Assembly (NCBI GenBank): GCA_038231135.1
Contig: JBBRLX010000008.1
Coordinates: forward strand, 73,614 to 137,613
Length of the DNA stretch: 64,000 nucleotides
DNA from: Candidatus Eiseniibacteriota bacterium
GTDB taxonomy: Bacteria > Eisenbacteria > RBG-16-71-46
Reading direction: 5' to 3'
Under the pieces are notes generated by a model, which saw only the letters and a program-made list of their open reading frames with translations, made no database searches and was not told the DNA's origin. A program made the position numbers and the translations under genes. Below, piece by piece: positions 19,801-28,672 of this stretch (positions within the stretch are counted from its first letter, which is position 1; every line of letters begins with the position of its first letter).

Positions 19801-20141
19801 TTCTGCCGGACCTTGGCGAGCACGAACGGCGTGACGCCGTCCGAGTAGTTCATCCCGCTGCCCTTCGGCGCCTCGGCGGAGTGGAACACCGACAGGTCCA
19901 CGTTGCCGGGATCCGCCGGGTAGTCGCCGACCATGCCGAAGTTCCAGAACACCGTGCGCAGGTTGTTCGCGTCGTGGGTGCCCGACCGCTCGGCATCGAT
20001 GCGGCCACGCTCGGCGGGCGGCTGCGAGGTGGCGCCGGCGGGCCGCGGTGGCGCGGAGTGCTTCGCGGCGGCGGCCGGACCCGCCGCGGCGCACAGCGCC
20101 AGCGCCGCGGTGATCGCCGCCGCCCACCGCGCGCGCATCAC
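16821..20141 (-). CDS. Large secreted protein (Asp-rich Ca-binding-like loops, Fn3-like domain, C-terminal sorting domain)
   Basis: Signal peptide; DGVDNDGDGITDE and DVGADG..GEGDG..GEPNFD loops; DFEGYRIYR..YYYAVTSYD Fn3-like; C-term VVPNPY..IRIYTVRGDLV..WDLRT..GKFAVIK. Confidence 0.85.
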   Translation of the reverse strand: MMRARWAAAITAALALCAAAGPAAAAKHSAPPRPAGATSQPPAERGRIDAERSGTHDANNLRTVFWNFGMVGDYPADPGNVDLSVFHSAEAPKGSGMNYSDGVTPFVLAKVRQNSGLDAYIMETGFRERQGISPYFNRVMRFEPRPGFSQADPTINRGRSPAISNDPRTWPNRWPDKLIDPDDPGWSGSWDGYFGKRPAADQESFTVMDDDFYDAFDFNPDSTDLSRHGLGLRVEVRGFQWSNPQAGNVIFWHYDITNEGTTTYDDNVVFGLYMDSGVGGSALSCDGVYESDDDNAFFDKSLGLNLVYTWDTYGHGVDLAGRCSPTGYMGYSYLETPGNPFDGVDNDGDGITDEKRDGGPGTLIEGKPAIRAYVEAHYDLAKFEAYYGLLDNRPAFRAGRWWTGDEDLDWTADLNDVGADGIPDTHDTGEGDGIPTEGEPNFDRTDLNESDQIGLTGFKMNRIKAGVGNPDTRTDDILFFTDNNNWPQRLYEHFTDLNPAARFDSAVAANYNIGFLFASGPFRLEAGKRERFSLALSYAADLSELRETIHTVQQIYTANYQFAVPPQQPTLRAEAGDGKVRLSWDDVAERSIDPVSFVNDFEGYRIYRATDPDFLDAHVLTSGRGNPLPVNGKPIIQFDLKDGRQGYSKKTVDGVAYFLGNETGITHTWTDTSAVNGQQYYYAVTSYDYGSPDGVPDSLAFYPSENSISVSRTPRGGLILPPNAVAVRPNPMVPGFVGATVDTAAHVAGRGSGQVALRIVDSNLIPQDHVFKITFATPDSDSIRATSYAMFDSTAGTRLFGSGTDLNGEGIGPVGDGLLPVIVNAPETTVDPTRTGFEPDSNVGRTNTRLSVIYSKTLGSNFRRPGYPDDITITFYDVVKDTAIVAGIGFQAKPAKFLIVAHTPQGDRQLDFRFRDFDNNGTLSRADELIDIMTFANVATRDSQVTWRVQLDTLGQGLRGPIVAPHAGDVFDLRLRRPLSSDDVFTFSTQAQHVDPAAAKVAWADKPYVVPNPYTGAASFEPARFATSGRGDRRLEFRAIPQGSVIRIYTVRGDLVQTLRQDGSNNGFVAWDLRTRDNLDVAPGLFVYHVAAPGIGDYVGKFAVIK

Positions 20142-22879
20142 TGCCCCACCTGCATGCTGACGCCGAGCTGGACCTTCCGCGGCGCGAAGAACCGGGTCGG
20201 ATTCGCGAGCTGATCCGCGTCACGGACCAGGTCCGCCGTGGGCGCGTAGTACGGGCTGCCGGTGGTGTCGAACACGTAGCCGTTGAAGTACCGGGTGTCG
20301 AACACGTTGAACACGCGCGCGAACGCGCGGACGGCCCCCGGGCCGCGGCCGAACGTCTTCTCGCCCCGCAGGTCCACGGCCATCGAAGCCGGGTGGCGTC
20401 CGGAGTTGTCCTCGAGCCCGAAGCCGAACCCGACAGCACGCACCGGAGTGTAGGGCTGGCCGCTCGCCACGCGTACGACGGCGCTCAAAGAGAACCCGCT
20501 GTCGCGCGACGCCTCGACCGTCGCGTTGAGCGTATGACGCTGGTCCCAGTTGAACGGCACCTGCCGCGGCCGCGGATCCTCGCCCGCCGACGCGCGGGTC
20601 GCGGTCTCGCGCGGGTCGCTGGAGTTGCCCTGCGCGAGCTGCCAGGTGTAGTCGATCGAGCTGCTGAACAGGCCACGGCGGCGCTGCGACAGCGCGATCG
20701 TCACTCCGGTCACGCCCCCGAAGTCCACGTTCGTGAGCCGCGCGTACTCGGCGCCGTTGTAGGTGGTGACGAACTGGACGCCCAGCAGGTCACGGATGTC
20801 CTTGTAGAAGATGCCGGTGTCGAGCCCGAGCCAGTCCGTGAGCCGCTGTTTGTAGCCGAACTGATACTGCACGGTCTTCTCGGGCTTGATGTCGGGATTG
20901 CCCATCACGCTGAAGTTCGGGACATCCGCCTGCAGATCGCTCAGCACCCCGTAGTTGGAATTGGTGAACACGTCGCCGATCGACGGCATCTGGTAGAAGT
21001 GGCCATAGGCGAAGAACAGCGACGCGTCGCTCGTGACGGGGTACGACACGCCGACGCGCGGCGAGATCGAGTACTTGGCGGACGTGCGGACCGGATGCGA
21101 CAGCGGCGCGCCCTGGATCGAGTTCGCGGGATTTTCGAGGTCGCTCGGCAGGCTGGACCGGGCGTCGAAGAAGTCGAACCGGAATCCCGCGCGCACGCGC
21201 AGGTCGTTCCACTCGCCATCCTCCTGCGCGAACGCGGCGCCGATCAGCGGCGAGTTGAGCTGAACGCCCGGAAATTTCGGCGGGTCATGGTCGTAACGCG
21301 CGAGGAACTGCCGCCCGGTGAGGGAATCCGTCACGTACGACAGCACTCCGGGACTGCCGAATTTCACCTGCGGCCACTGCATCTCGGCGCCGAGCTTGAG
21401 CGTCTGGTCGCGGTTCACCTGGTGCGTGAACGACGACTTCGCCACGATCGCGTCGGTGTTCTGCTTGAACCGGTTGAGGTCCACGCCCTGGACGAACGCG
21501 TCGTACAGGAACCCGGGCACGTTCTTCGGCGGACCCGCGAGGTCGTAGCGCGGGTCGTACAGGTTGTCGAACGCGAGGTCCTTGTAGTCGAAGTAGTTCT
21601 GCCGCAGGCTCACGTTGTAGAACGTGGCCTTGCTGACCGTGTGCGTGACGTCGACGCCGTGCGCGACCGAGAACGTGTGCTGCCGGGTGAGACCCTCGGG
21701 GTCGAACCGGTAGTTCCAGTCGGCGCGGCGCGAGTCGATGTAGTTGACGATGGCCTGATAGCCGATCTCGACGTTCGGGATCGACCGATTGGTGACTTTG
21801 CCGATGCCCGACCACTCGCGCGAGAAGCCGAGCGGCTCCTGGCCCAGGTCGCCGTCCGGGTTGGTGGCCTTGGCGACCGGATTCCCGGTCGGGGTCAGCC
21901 ACGGCGTGTAGACCCGCGTGCCGCGCACGTAGTCGTCGAACAGGTGGTAGCTGCCGCTCGTCAGATACGTGGTCTTCGGCACGAACAGCGGGCCGCTGGC
22001 GCTGAGCTGGTAGTTCTGCTCGCCCGCCGGCCAGAACGCGTAGCGCGGCTGCGGGATGAATGACCGGAAGAACACCGGAGTCGAGGACGGATCCCGGCGC
22101 GCCACGTCGTACAGGAACCCGCCGCTCAGCACCTCGCCGTCCCAGCGGAACTTCTCCGAGCCCCGCCGCAGCACCGCGTTCACGACGCCGCTCATCGCCT
22201 GGCCGTACTCGGCGTCGAACGTGCCGCTGATGACCTGTACCTCCTCGAGCAGCGAGCGGTCGATGCGCAGGCTCGACTTGTTGTCGTAGGCGTTGTTCAC
22301 CGACACGCCGTCGACCTGGAACTGCACCTCGCCGCCGCGGCCGCCGCGGAAGTGCAGATCACCGCCCTGCGACACCACGCCCGCCTGGAGATTGACGATC
22401 TCCTGCAGCTCCTGCACCGGCAGGGCGTGGATCTGGGAGCGCGTGATCGTGGCGGTGCTTGACGTCTGCTTCAGGTCGACCACCGGGCGCTGCGCGCTGA
22501 CGACGACCTCGGTCATCGCGATCGGCGCCTCGTCGAGCGTCACGTCGAGGGTCGCGGTGTTGTCGGCCGACACCTCGACGCCGGTGACGGTCGTCGCGCG
22601 ATAGCCGAGCAGCCCGACCTTCACGTCATAGGCGCCGGCGGGGATGTTGAGGATGACGTAGCGGCCGTCGGCATCGGTCAGGGCTCCCAACCGGGCGAGC
22701 GGCACTGCGATATTGACCCCGGCGAGCGGCTGCTTCTTCTTGTCGACCACGCGTCCCGACAGCTTGCCCGTGGTGCCGGCCAGCGCGGATGTGGAAATGG
22801 CCAGCCACCCCATGGCAAGCAGCACCCCCGCCATGGAGGACGCGCTGCGCAGCACAATCGACCGGTGCCCGGCGTTCAC
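20138..22879 (-). CDS. TonB-dependent receptor with N-terminal carboxypeptidase-regulatory-like domain
   Basis: GTTGKLSGRVVD, plug FRGGR..EVQFQVDG..GTFDAEYGQAMSGVVN, GNPDIKPEKTVQYQ, PRKVQLG; GTG start chosen by GGGGAG SD (alternative 22834). Confidence 0.92.
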   Translation of the reverse strand: MNAGHRSIVLRSASSMAGVLLAMGWLAISTSALAGTTGKLSGRVVDKKKQPLAGVNIAVPLARLGALTDADGRYVILNIPAGAYDVKVGLLGYRATTVTGVEVSADNTATLDVTLDEAPIAMTEVVVSAQRPVVDLKQTSSTATITRSQIHALPVQELQEIVNLQAGVVSQGGDLHFRGGRGGEVQFQVDGVSVNNAYDNKSSLRIDRSLLEEVQVISGTFDAEYGQAMSGVVNAVLRRGSEKFRWDGEVLSGGFLYDVARRDPSSTPVFFRSFIPQPRYAFWPAGEQNYQLSASGPLFVPKTTYLTSGSYHLFDDYVRGTRVYTPWLTPTGNPVAKATNPDGDLGQEPLGFSREWSGIGKVTNRSIPNVEIGYQAIVNYIDSRRADWNYRFDPEGLTRQHTFSVAHGVDVTHTVSKATFYNVSLRQNYFDYKDLAFDNLYDPRYDLAGPPKNVPGFLYDAFVQGVDLNRFKQNTDAIVAKSSFTHQVNRDQTLKLGAEMQWPQVKFGSPGVLSYVTDSLTGRQFLARYDHDPPKFPGVQLNSPLIGAAFAQEDGEWNDLRVRAGFRFDFFDARSSLPSDLENPANSIQGAPLSHPVRTSAKYSISPRVGVSYPVTSDASLFFAYGHFYQMPSIGDVFTNSNYGVLSDLQADVPNFSVMGNPDIKPEKTVQYQFGYKQRLTDWLGLDTGIFYKDIRDLLGVQFVTTYNGAEYARLTNVDFGGVTGVTIALSQRRRGLFSSSIDYTWQLAQGNSSDPRETATRASAGEDPRPRQVPFNWDQRHTLNATVEASRDSGFSLSAVVRVASGQPYTPVRAVGFGFGLEDNSGRHPASMAVDLRGEKTFGRGPGAVRAFARVFNVFDTRYFNGYVFDTTGSPYYAPTADLVRDADQLANPTRFFAPRKVQLGVSMQVGQ

Positions 22880-22964
22880 GGGGCTCCCCTGCTTCATGCG
22901 TTCATGCGCGGCCGTGTCGATGGGAACGGGACGGGCACGCATGCCCGTCCCTCACCCGAAACTC

Positions 22965-24872
22965 TCACTTGAGAACCAGCATCTTGCCGGCCAGTGAACC
23001 CCCCGCGGCTCCGGTCACGGGATCCGTGATCCGCAGCCGGTACAGATAGATCCCGGCGCCGAGGCCATTGCGGGCGAACGACGACTTGCGGTCACCCGCC
23101 AGCTGGAGCCCGAAGTCGCGGTGCGTGACGATGCGGCCCTGCAGGTCGAACACCTCGAGCCGCACCTTGGACGCACGCGGCAGAGAGTACTGCATCACCG
23201 TAAGCTGGCGGAACGGATTGGGATAGTTGCCGATCAGCGCCAGTCTCGCCGGCAGCGCACCCGGATCCCCAACCCCGCTGATGAACGAGTTCACGTCGAA
23301 GTAGGCGGTGGCCGGACAACATTCGTCCTCGTATTCACGCCCCCACCACGTGCGCGTGCCATAGCTGTCGGTGATGGGACTGAACGAGTCGCCGTCGAGC
23401 ATGTCGATGCCGATGTAGAGCGGCAACGCGCTCAGGCCGTGCGGGAAACCGAGTGCCGTCATGTTGATCGCGAGCTCGGCGGTATAGCCCTGATCGGGCG
23501 TCGTGCCCGTGGTGTCGACCGTGGTGCCGGGCTTGAGCTTGAGCGCGATGCGCGCCGCGTGCGCGGTGTCGCGCAGGAACGGCAGGTAGTCGTCGAGCAG
23601 CAGTGAACCGCCGGGTCCGACATGGAAGCCCAGCCGCCGCGAGATGCGCGTGCGGTCCTTGCTGCGGGCAACGGCGGTGTCCTGGATCGTGACGATGAAC
23701 CCGTCCCAGCGGTCGAACAGCGGGTGCGTCTGCACCACCTGATCGCGCACGTCGAAGCCGATGTAGAACGTGTCGGCCTTGAATGCCCAGTGAATCGTGG
23801 CATCACCGGGATCGACGACCGGCGCCAGGCCACCGTTCACCGGGGGCTGGTAGAAACCCGCGCGCCACTTCATCACGCCGGGATAGGTGTTGCGCACGTC
23901 GAAGTCGCCGTAACGCATGTCGAAGTGCTGGGAGGTCTGCCACGCGGCATCGGTGAGGAAGCCGTCGATCACCGGCGGCGGGTAGTTGCCGAGGTTGGGA
24001 ATCCGCACCTCGGGACCGATGGTGGGCACCGCGCCGGACGCGACGTTCACGTCGGGGCGCGCCATGATGCGCACTTCGTCGTAGTTCATCTGGTTGCCCC
24101 ACGGCCCCTGCCACCATGCGCGGTTCACGCTGAACCGCGCGCCGTTGAGCGGCCACAACCAGTCGGTGTCGTAGATCGACAGGTTCCACTCGATGATGTC
24201 GCCGTTGGCGGCCGATGGCGTGTACCCCATGCGTCCGACGTCGATGCGCATCTCGATCGTGTAACCCGAATCGGGCGAGGCGTCGGTGTTCGACTGGCCG
24301 CCGCGCACCTTCGTCACCGCGTCCCAGGCCTGGATCTCGTCGGCGGTGCGAGCGGTGGAATCGTTGTTGGAGCTCCAATAACCGCGGAACGAGGGGACCG
24401 CACCCGGGGCGTTCAGCGCCGGGATGTCCGGATGCCACCACGAATAGAAGTATTCGACCGGGCCATGGATCGAGGCGTTGGGATCACGATGATCCTTGAG
24501 CGCCATCAGGATGCCGTCGAACCGGTTGAAGTCCACCGAGCCGCCGACCGAGCTGTCCCGGCACGTGATGCCAAGGTACAGCTGGTCGCCGCTCACGAGG
24601 AACTTGACGGTGGCGGACGTGCTGTCTTTCGCGATCTTGCCGGCTTCCTCCTTGAAGCCGCTGCCGGGGTCGCCGTTGTCGACGCCGTAGCGGATCGTCC
24701 AGCTCTGGGCGGTCGCCCACGCCGGCTCGCCCAGCACGCCGTCCAGTGTGATCGGCTGGCCGTTCGTGTTGCGCGCCCAGATCGCATCCTGGCGCGGCGC
24801 CTGCGCGAAGGATGGCATCGCCAGCGCCGTACAGGCGCCCGCGAGCAAAAATACCGACAGGATCCGCTTCAT
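22965..24872 (-). CDS. Secreted protein with two DOMON/CBM9-like sugar-binding domains and C-terminal T9SS-like domain
   Basis: AGGAGGAG SD; two units PITLDGVLGEPAW..LYLGITCRD..GYTIEMRI and PVIDGFLTDAAW..FYIGFDVRD..GYTAELAI; C-term NYPNPF..VFDLQGRIV..KMLVLK. Confidence 0.78.
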   Translation of the reverse strand: MKRILSVFLLAGACTALAMPSFAQAPRQDAIWARNTNGQPITLDGVLGEPAWATAQSWTIRYGVDNGDPGSGFKEEAGKIAKDSTSATVKFLVSGDQLYLGITCRDSSVGGSVDFNRFDGILMALKDHRDPNASIHGPVEYFYSWWHPDIPALNAPGAVPSFRGYWSSNNDSTARTADEIQAWDAVTKVRGGQSNTDASPDSGYTIEMRIDVGRMGYTPSAANGDIIEWNLSIYDTDWLWPLNGARFSVNRAWWQGPWGNQMNYDEVRIMARPDVNVASGAVPTIGPEVRIPNLGNYPPPVIDGFLTDAAWQTSQHFDMRYGDFDVRNTYPGVMKWRAGFYQPPVNGGLAPVVDPGDATIHWAFKADTFYIGFDVRDQVVQTHPLFDRWDGFIVTIQDTAVARSKDRTRISRRLGFHVGPGGSLLLDDYLPFLRDTAHAARIALKLKPGTTVDTTGTTPDQGYTAELAINMTALGFPHGLSALPLYIGIDMLDGDSFSPITDSYGTRTWWGREYEDECCPATAYFDVNSFISGVGDPGALPARLALIGNYPNPFRQLTVMQYSLPRASKVRLEVFDLQGRIVTHRDFGLQLAGDRKSSFARNGLGAGIYLYRLRITDPVTGAAGGSLAGKMLVLK

Positions 24873-24997
24873 AGACTCCTCCTGAAAGCGACGGCGCACC
24901 GTACGGACCTCTGCCACGAACGCAACGGCGGTTCGCGGCTGCCTGGCCCGGACGGAGCCGGTGACAACGCGGCTCGATGGAAACGGTGGAATGATCA

Positions 24998-26095
24998 TCA
25001 GCGAAACTCTTCGGTGCGCCGCTCGCGCGTCGCGGTGGTCATGCTCCCGCCGGCGGCGAACGGCTCGCCGGCGCGTGATTGCGGGGTGATCGCCCGGGCG
25101 GATCCGCAGGATTGCCGGATCACGAGACTGGTGGGCAGCACCTCATGGCGGTGCGCCTCGGCCGGCGCGCCCGCGCGCGTGCGGTGCAGCAGCCGCTGCA
25201 GCGCTCGCGCACCTAGCTGAAACCGGTCCACGCGCACGGTCGAGAGCGGCGGCGACAGATAGCGCGCGGTCTCGATGTCGTCGAATCCGGCGACGGCCAT
25301 GTCGTCCGGCACGCGCACGCCGGCCTCCGCCAGTGCGCGCAGCACGCCCACGGCCATGTGATCGTTCGCCACGAACACCGCGGTCGGCCGCGGATCGAGA
25401 GCGAGCAGCGCCGCCACCGCCTGATAGCCCGACGGTTCCGTGAAGTCGCCGGCGAGCTCGAGTCGGCGCGACCGCTCCGCCCCCACCTCGCGCAGGCCGG
25501 CGCGGTAGCCGGCGAGGCGCTGGCGCGCGTCGACGTTGCGCACGGGACCGGACACCGTGGCGATCGAGCGATGGCCGAGCGAGAGCAGGTGCTGGACCAT
25601 CGCCTGGGCGCCCTCGACGTTCGCGATCGCCACGCTGTCGTGTTCGGTGAATTCGGTGCGCGGGTCGATCAGCACGATCGGCACGTCGCCGGCCCAGCCG
25701 CGGATCGAGCCCATGGATTCGACGTCCGGAGCCATCACGACCAGGCCGTCGATGCGGCCGCGCATCGAACGCAGCGCCGACGCCAGCTCGTCGATGCCCG
25801 AGTGCGAGCTCGACACCAGCAGGTGGAAGCCCTCGCGGCGGGCCGTGACGTCGAGGCCGCGGATGACGCCCGAGAAGAACTCGCCATGGAGGTCGGGCAG
25901 CAGCACCCCGAGCGTATGGGTGCGGTTCGTGATCAGACTGCGCGCCATGGCGTTGGGCCAGTAGTTGAGGCGCGACGCGACGGCGCGGACCTGGCTCTCG
26001 GTCGTGGTGCTGACGAGACCCTTGTCATTGAAAACGCGCGAAACCGTGGCAATCGAGACGCCTGCCTCGCGAGCCACGTCCTTGATGGTTGCCAC
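24998..26095 (-). CDS. LacI-family transcriptional regulator
   Basis: GTG start with GGAGA SD; ATIKDVAREAGVSIATVSRV HTH, YWPNAMARSL hinge, VPDDMAVAGFDD, LVIRQSC. Confidence 0.97.
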   Translation of the reverse strand: MATIKDVAREAGVSIATVSRVFNDKGLVSTTTESQVRAVASRLNYWPNAMARSLITNRTHTLGVLLPDLHGEFFSGVIRGLDVTARREGFHLLVSSSHSGIDELASALRSMRGRIDGLVVMAPDVESMGSIRGWAGDVPIVLIDPRTEFTEHDSVAIANVEGAQAMVQHLLSLGHRSIATVSGPVRNVDARQRLAGYRAGLREVGAERSRRLELAGDFTEPSGYQAVAALLALDPRPTAVFVANDHMAVGVLRALAEAGVRVPDDMAVAGFDDIETARYLSPPLSTVRVDRFQLGARALQRLLHRTRAGAPAEAHRHEVLPTSLVIRQSCGSARAITPQSRAGEPFAAGGSMTTATRERRTEEFR

Positions 26096-26175
26096 TTGGA
26101 TCTCCGCCGTTACGCTGCCGGCGAGCCACCCTGCGCGTTCGTCGCGAACACGAACGGGACGACTCCCGGCGTGTG

Positions 26176-26192
26176 GATGTAAACGATTACAC
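26176..26192. promoter_or_regulatory. LacI-type operator upstream of lacI gene
   Basis: GATGTAAACGATTACAC, near-perfect palindrome TGTAAaCGaTTACA with central CG; TTGACA on minus strand at 26206-26211; identical copy at 28872-28888. Confidence 0.8.
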
Positions 26193-26235
26193 CGAGACCG
26201 AATCATGTCAACCGAAGCGTGTCCCGGGGGGAGGT

Positions 26236-26266
26236 GAACAACGGCCCGCCCGACTGGGGCGGGCCG
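26236..26266 (-). terminator. Probable terminator after the tandem-domain gene
   Basis: CGGCCCGCCC-5 nt-GGGCGGGCCG stem followed by TTGTTC on minus strand; a second 11-bp hairpin at 26292-26317. Confidence 0.55.
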
Positions 26267-26332
26267 CTGCGTCACCCGATTCCCGCCTCCGGGATCCGGC
26301 GGTTGCCCGCCGGATCCGGAGCGGAAGCGGAA

Positions 26333-28672
26333 TTACTCGATCACCACCGCGCGGGTGGTGAGGCTCTTCGCACCCTGCGTCAGGCGCACCATGTAGACAC
26401 CCGGACGGAGCGCAGCACGCGCGCCGAACGAGATCGAATGGTTGCCCGCACCCAGCGTACCGACCTCGCGGAACGCCACCTGGCGGCCCGTCACGTCGTA
26501 CAGCCCGAGCGTCGCGCGCTCGCGGGTGGGAAGGCTGAAGTTCACGTTCATCGGACCGCGCGCCGGATTCGGCATGATGCCGCGGAGCGCGAACGACACC
26601 GCGACGTCACCCACACCGGTCGTCGAGTGGATCGTGAACGGATCGCTCACGGCGTACTCGGATTCCGTCACCGGACCGAGATCGTCCATCGAGATTGCGT
26701 CGATCGACAGCCGCGCCGTACCCGTCTGCGTCTGCGGCACCGTCCACGCGTAGTGACCGGTGTTGGGCAGGCCCTGGGCTTCGATCTGCCACGTCTGACC
26801 ATCGTCGAACGACGACATCAGCGTGACCGACTGCACCTGCATGTCGGCCGGCGTCTGCCAGTCCACCGATGCCGTGGCACCGGCGGTGAGCACCGCTCCC
26901 GCCACCGGCGAGATCAGCTGCGGCGCGCTCACGTTCACGTTCTCGATCGCCTCGAAGCAGCCACCACCGAGATCACCCGTCACCAGAATCGGTGAGCTAC
27001 CGGAGTGCAGAGTAGCCTTGACGTCCGAGCGCAGGAAGCGGATGCGCAGCGTCGCGCCGCCGTTCTCGAGCTTCGGTCCCGGCGACGTCACCGGTGACAC
27101 GCCGTTCAGCGTAATGGTCGAAGGGTTGATCTGGGCCGCCGTCGCGGGAGCCGTCGGCGTGAGCAGCACGGTGATGAAGTGGCTGTTTGAGCGGAGGTTC
27201 AGGTCGTGGGGCTTGAAGTCGAGCGCCACTTCCGCCGGCGTGAGGCAGGTGCTGGTGAACCGGATGTTGCTCCAGGTCGCCTTCACCGCGACGTCCAGGC
27301 CGTTGCCCAGGCGCGGCTGGAAGTACCCGCCGACGCGCGCGTCGTTCAGGATGCCCCACACGCCGTGCTGTGCTTCCTCGGCCAGGTTGCCCTTGTCGAA
27401 CGACAGCGGCCCGCTGGTGTAGTTGGTTCCCTGATAGCCGACACCGTACGTGACCGTCCCGCCGTCACCGTCGGTGAGGGAGTGCGGATCGTAGCTGACT
27501 TCGAGATGGATCACCTGTCCCGCCGCGTAGTGAATTCCGAACGCGGCCGTGAACGAGTAGAACGGCAGCCGTCCGCCGAACACGGCAACTTCGCCGTCCG
27601 GGGTGCGCACGTTGAACCGTCCGTCCACGTCCTGCGAGAACCACGGCGCGATCCGGAGCCCGGCCTCACCGTTGCCGGTGCCGGAGATCACGAGATCGGT
27701 CGAGTAACGGAACTCCGAGTTGTTGTTGAAGATCGCGCCGTCGGCGCCGTTCTCGGAGAAGCTCCAGTTGTGCAGGTTCGCGAATCCGAAGCAGTCGAGA
27801 TGCGCGTCCTCGATCGAGATCAGGCTCGGATAGTTGTTCGTGACCGTGACCGTGGAGGTCGGGCAGTCGTTGAAGATACGGGTACGGGTGACCGCGCTGT
27901 TCGGCACCGGAGTGGTCGAATACGCGATGTTGTTCCATGACGCGGCGGTCGTGACATCGACGCCGTTCGCGAGCCGCGGCTGGAAGTAACCGCCGACCTG
28001 CGCCGTGTTCAGGATGCCGTACAGGCCGTGCGGCGGATCCTCGGCCGGGTTGGCCTGGTCGAACGGCAACGGGCCGCTCGTGTACGACGTGCCCTGGTAG
28101 TCCACCGTATAGATGATGGTGCCCGGAGCGCCGGCGTTGAGCGAATGCGGATCGTATTCCATGCCGAGGCGGATCGTCTGGCCCTTGGCGTAGTGCAGGC
28201 CGAACGCGGCCGTGAACGAATAGAACGGCAGCCGGCCGCCGAAGCAGGCGATTTCGCCGTCGGGCGTGCGGATGTTGAAGCGGCCGTCGACGTCGGGGGA
28301 GAACCACGGCGAAATCTGGAGCCCGGCTTCGCCGTCACCGCTGCCGTTGATCGCGACGTCCGCGGAGAACCGGAACGACGAGTTGTTGTCGAACTGTGCC
28401 GACGTTGCGCCACCGTCCGCGGAGAAGTGCCAGTTGTGAAGATTCGCGAACCCGAAGCAGTCGAGGTGCGCGTCTTCGATCTTGACCGAACTGGGGTAGT
28501 TGTTCGTGACCGTGATCGTAGAGGTGGGACAGTCGTTGAAGATTCGCGTCTTGACGATCGCGCTGTTCGGCACCGGGTTCGGAGCGGCAACCGCGCTCAC
28601 GACGAGTCCCACGGCCGCGACCAGCGCCAGCGTGGCACCGGTTACGAAGCTCCTGGGTGTGATCCGCTTCAT
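26333..28672 (-). CDS. Secreted protein with two tandem ~222-aa domains of unknown family, Ig-like region and C-terminal T9SS-like domain
   Basis: GGAGG SD, signal peptide; duplicated PVPNSA..RIFNDCPTST..DCFGFANLHNW..FGGRLPFYSF..VGGYFQPRL; C-term MPNP..LYDVTGRQV..PGVYMVRL..RAVVIE. Confidence 0.88.
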   Translation of the reverse strand: MKRITPRSFVTGATLALVAAVGLVVSAVAAPNPVPNSAIVKTRIFNDCPTSTITVTNNYPSSVKIEDAHLDCFGFANLHNWHFSADGGATSAQFDNNSSFRFSADVAINGSGDGEAGLQISPWFSPDVDGRFNIRTPDGEIACFGGRLPFYSFTAAFGLHYAKGQTIRLGMEYDPHSLNAGAPGTIIYTVDYQGTSYTSGPLPFDQANPAEDPPHGLYGILNTAQVGGYFQPRLANGVDVTTAASWNNIAYSTTPVPNSAVTRTRIFNDCPTSTVTVTNNYPSLISIEDAHLDCFGFANLHNWSFSENGADGAIFNNNSEFRYSTDLVISGTGNGEAGLRIAPWFSQDVDGRFNVRTPDGEVAVFGGRLPFYSFTAAFGIHYAAGQVIHLEVSYDPHSLTDGDGGTVTYGVGYQGTNYTSGPLSFDKGNLAEEAQHGVWGILNDARVGGYFQPRLGNGLDVAVKATWSNIRFTSTCLTPAEVALDFKPHDLNLRSNSHFITVLLTPTAPATAAQINPSTITLNGVSPVTSPGPKLENGGATLRIRFLRSDVKATLHSGSSPILVTGDLGGGCFEAIENVNVSAPQLISPVAGAVLTAGATASVDWQTPADMQVQSVTLMSSFDDGQTWQIEAQGLPNTGHYAWTVPQTQTGTARLSIDAISMDDLGPVTESEYAVSDPFTIHSTTGVGDVAVSFALRGIMPNPARGPMNVNFSLPTRERATLGLYDVTGRQVAFREVGTLGAGNHSISFGARAALRPGVYMVRLTQGAKSLTTRAVVIE
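27248..28576 (-). repeat. Intragenic tandem duplication, 666-bp period
   Basis: GCTGTTCGGCACCGG at 28562-28576 and 27896-27910 marks the unit starts; long stretches of identical peptide in both units. Confidence 0.9.

Noticed and set aside
16821..20141. SusD/RagB homolog
   Set aside because: No lipobox, about twice the usual size, no TPR-like SusD motifs, carries a CTD
16875..20213. Long plus-strand ORFs (also 3096-5663, 46538-49123, 58703-61540 and similar)
   Set aside because: Antisense shadows of high-GC3 genes, no recognisable motifs
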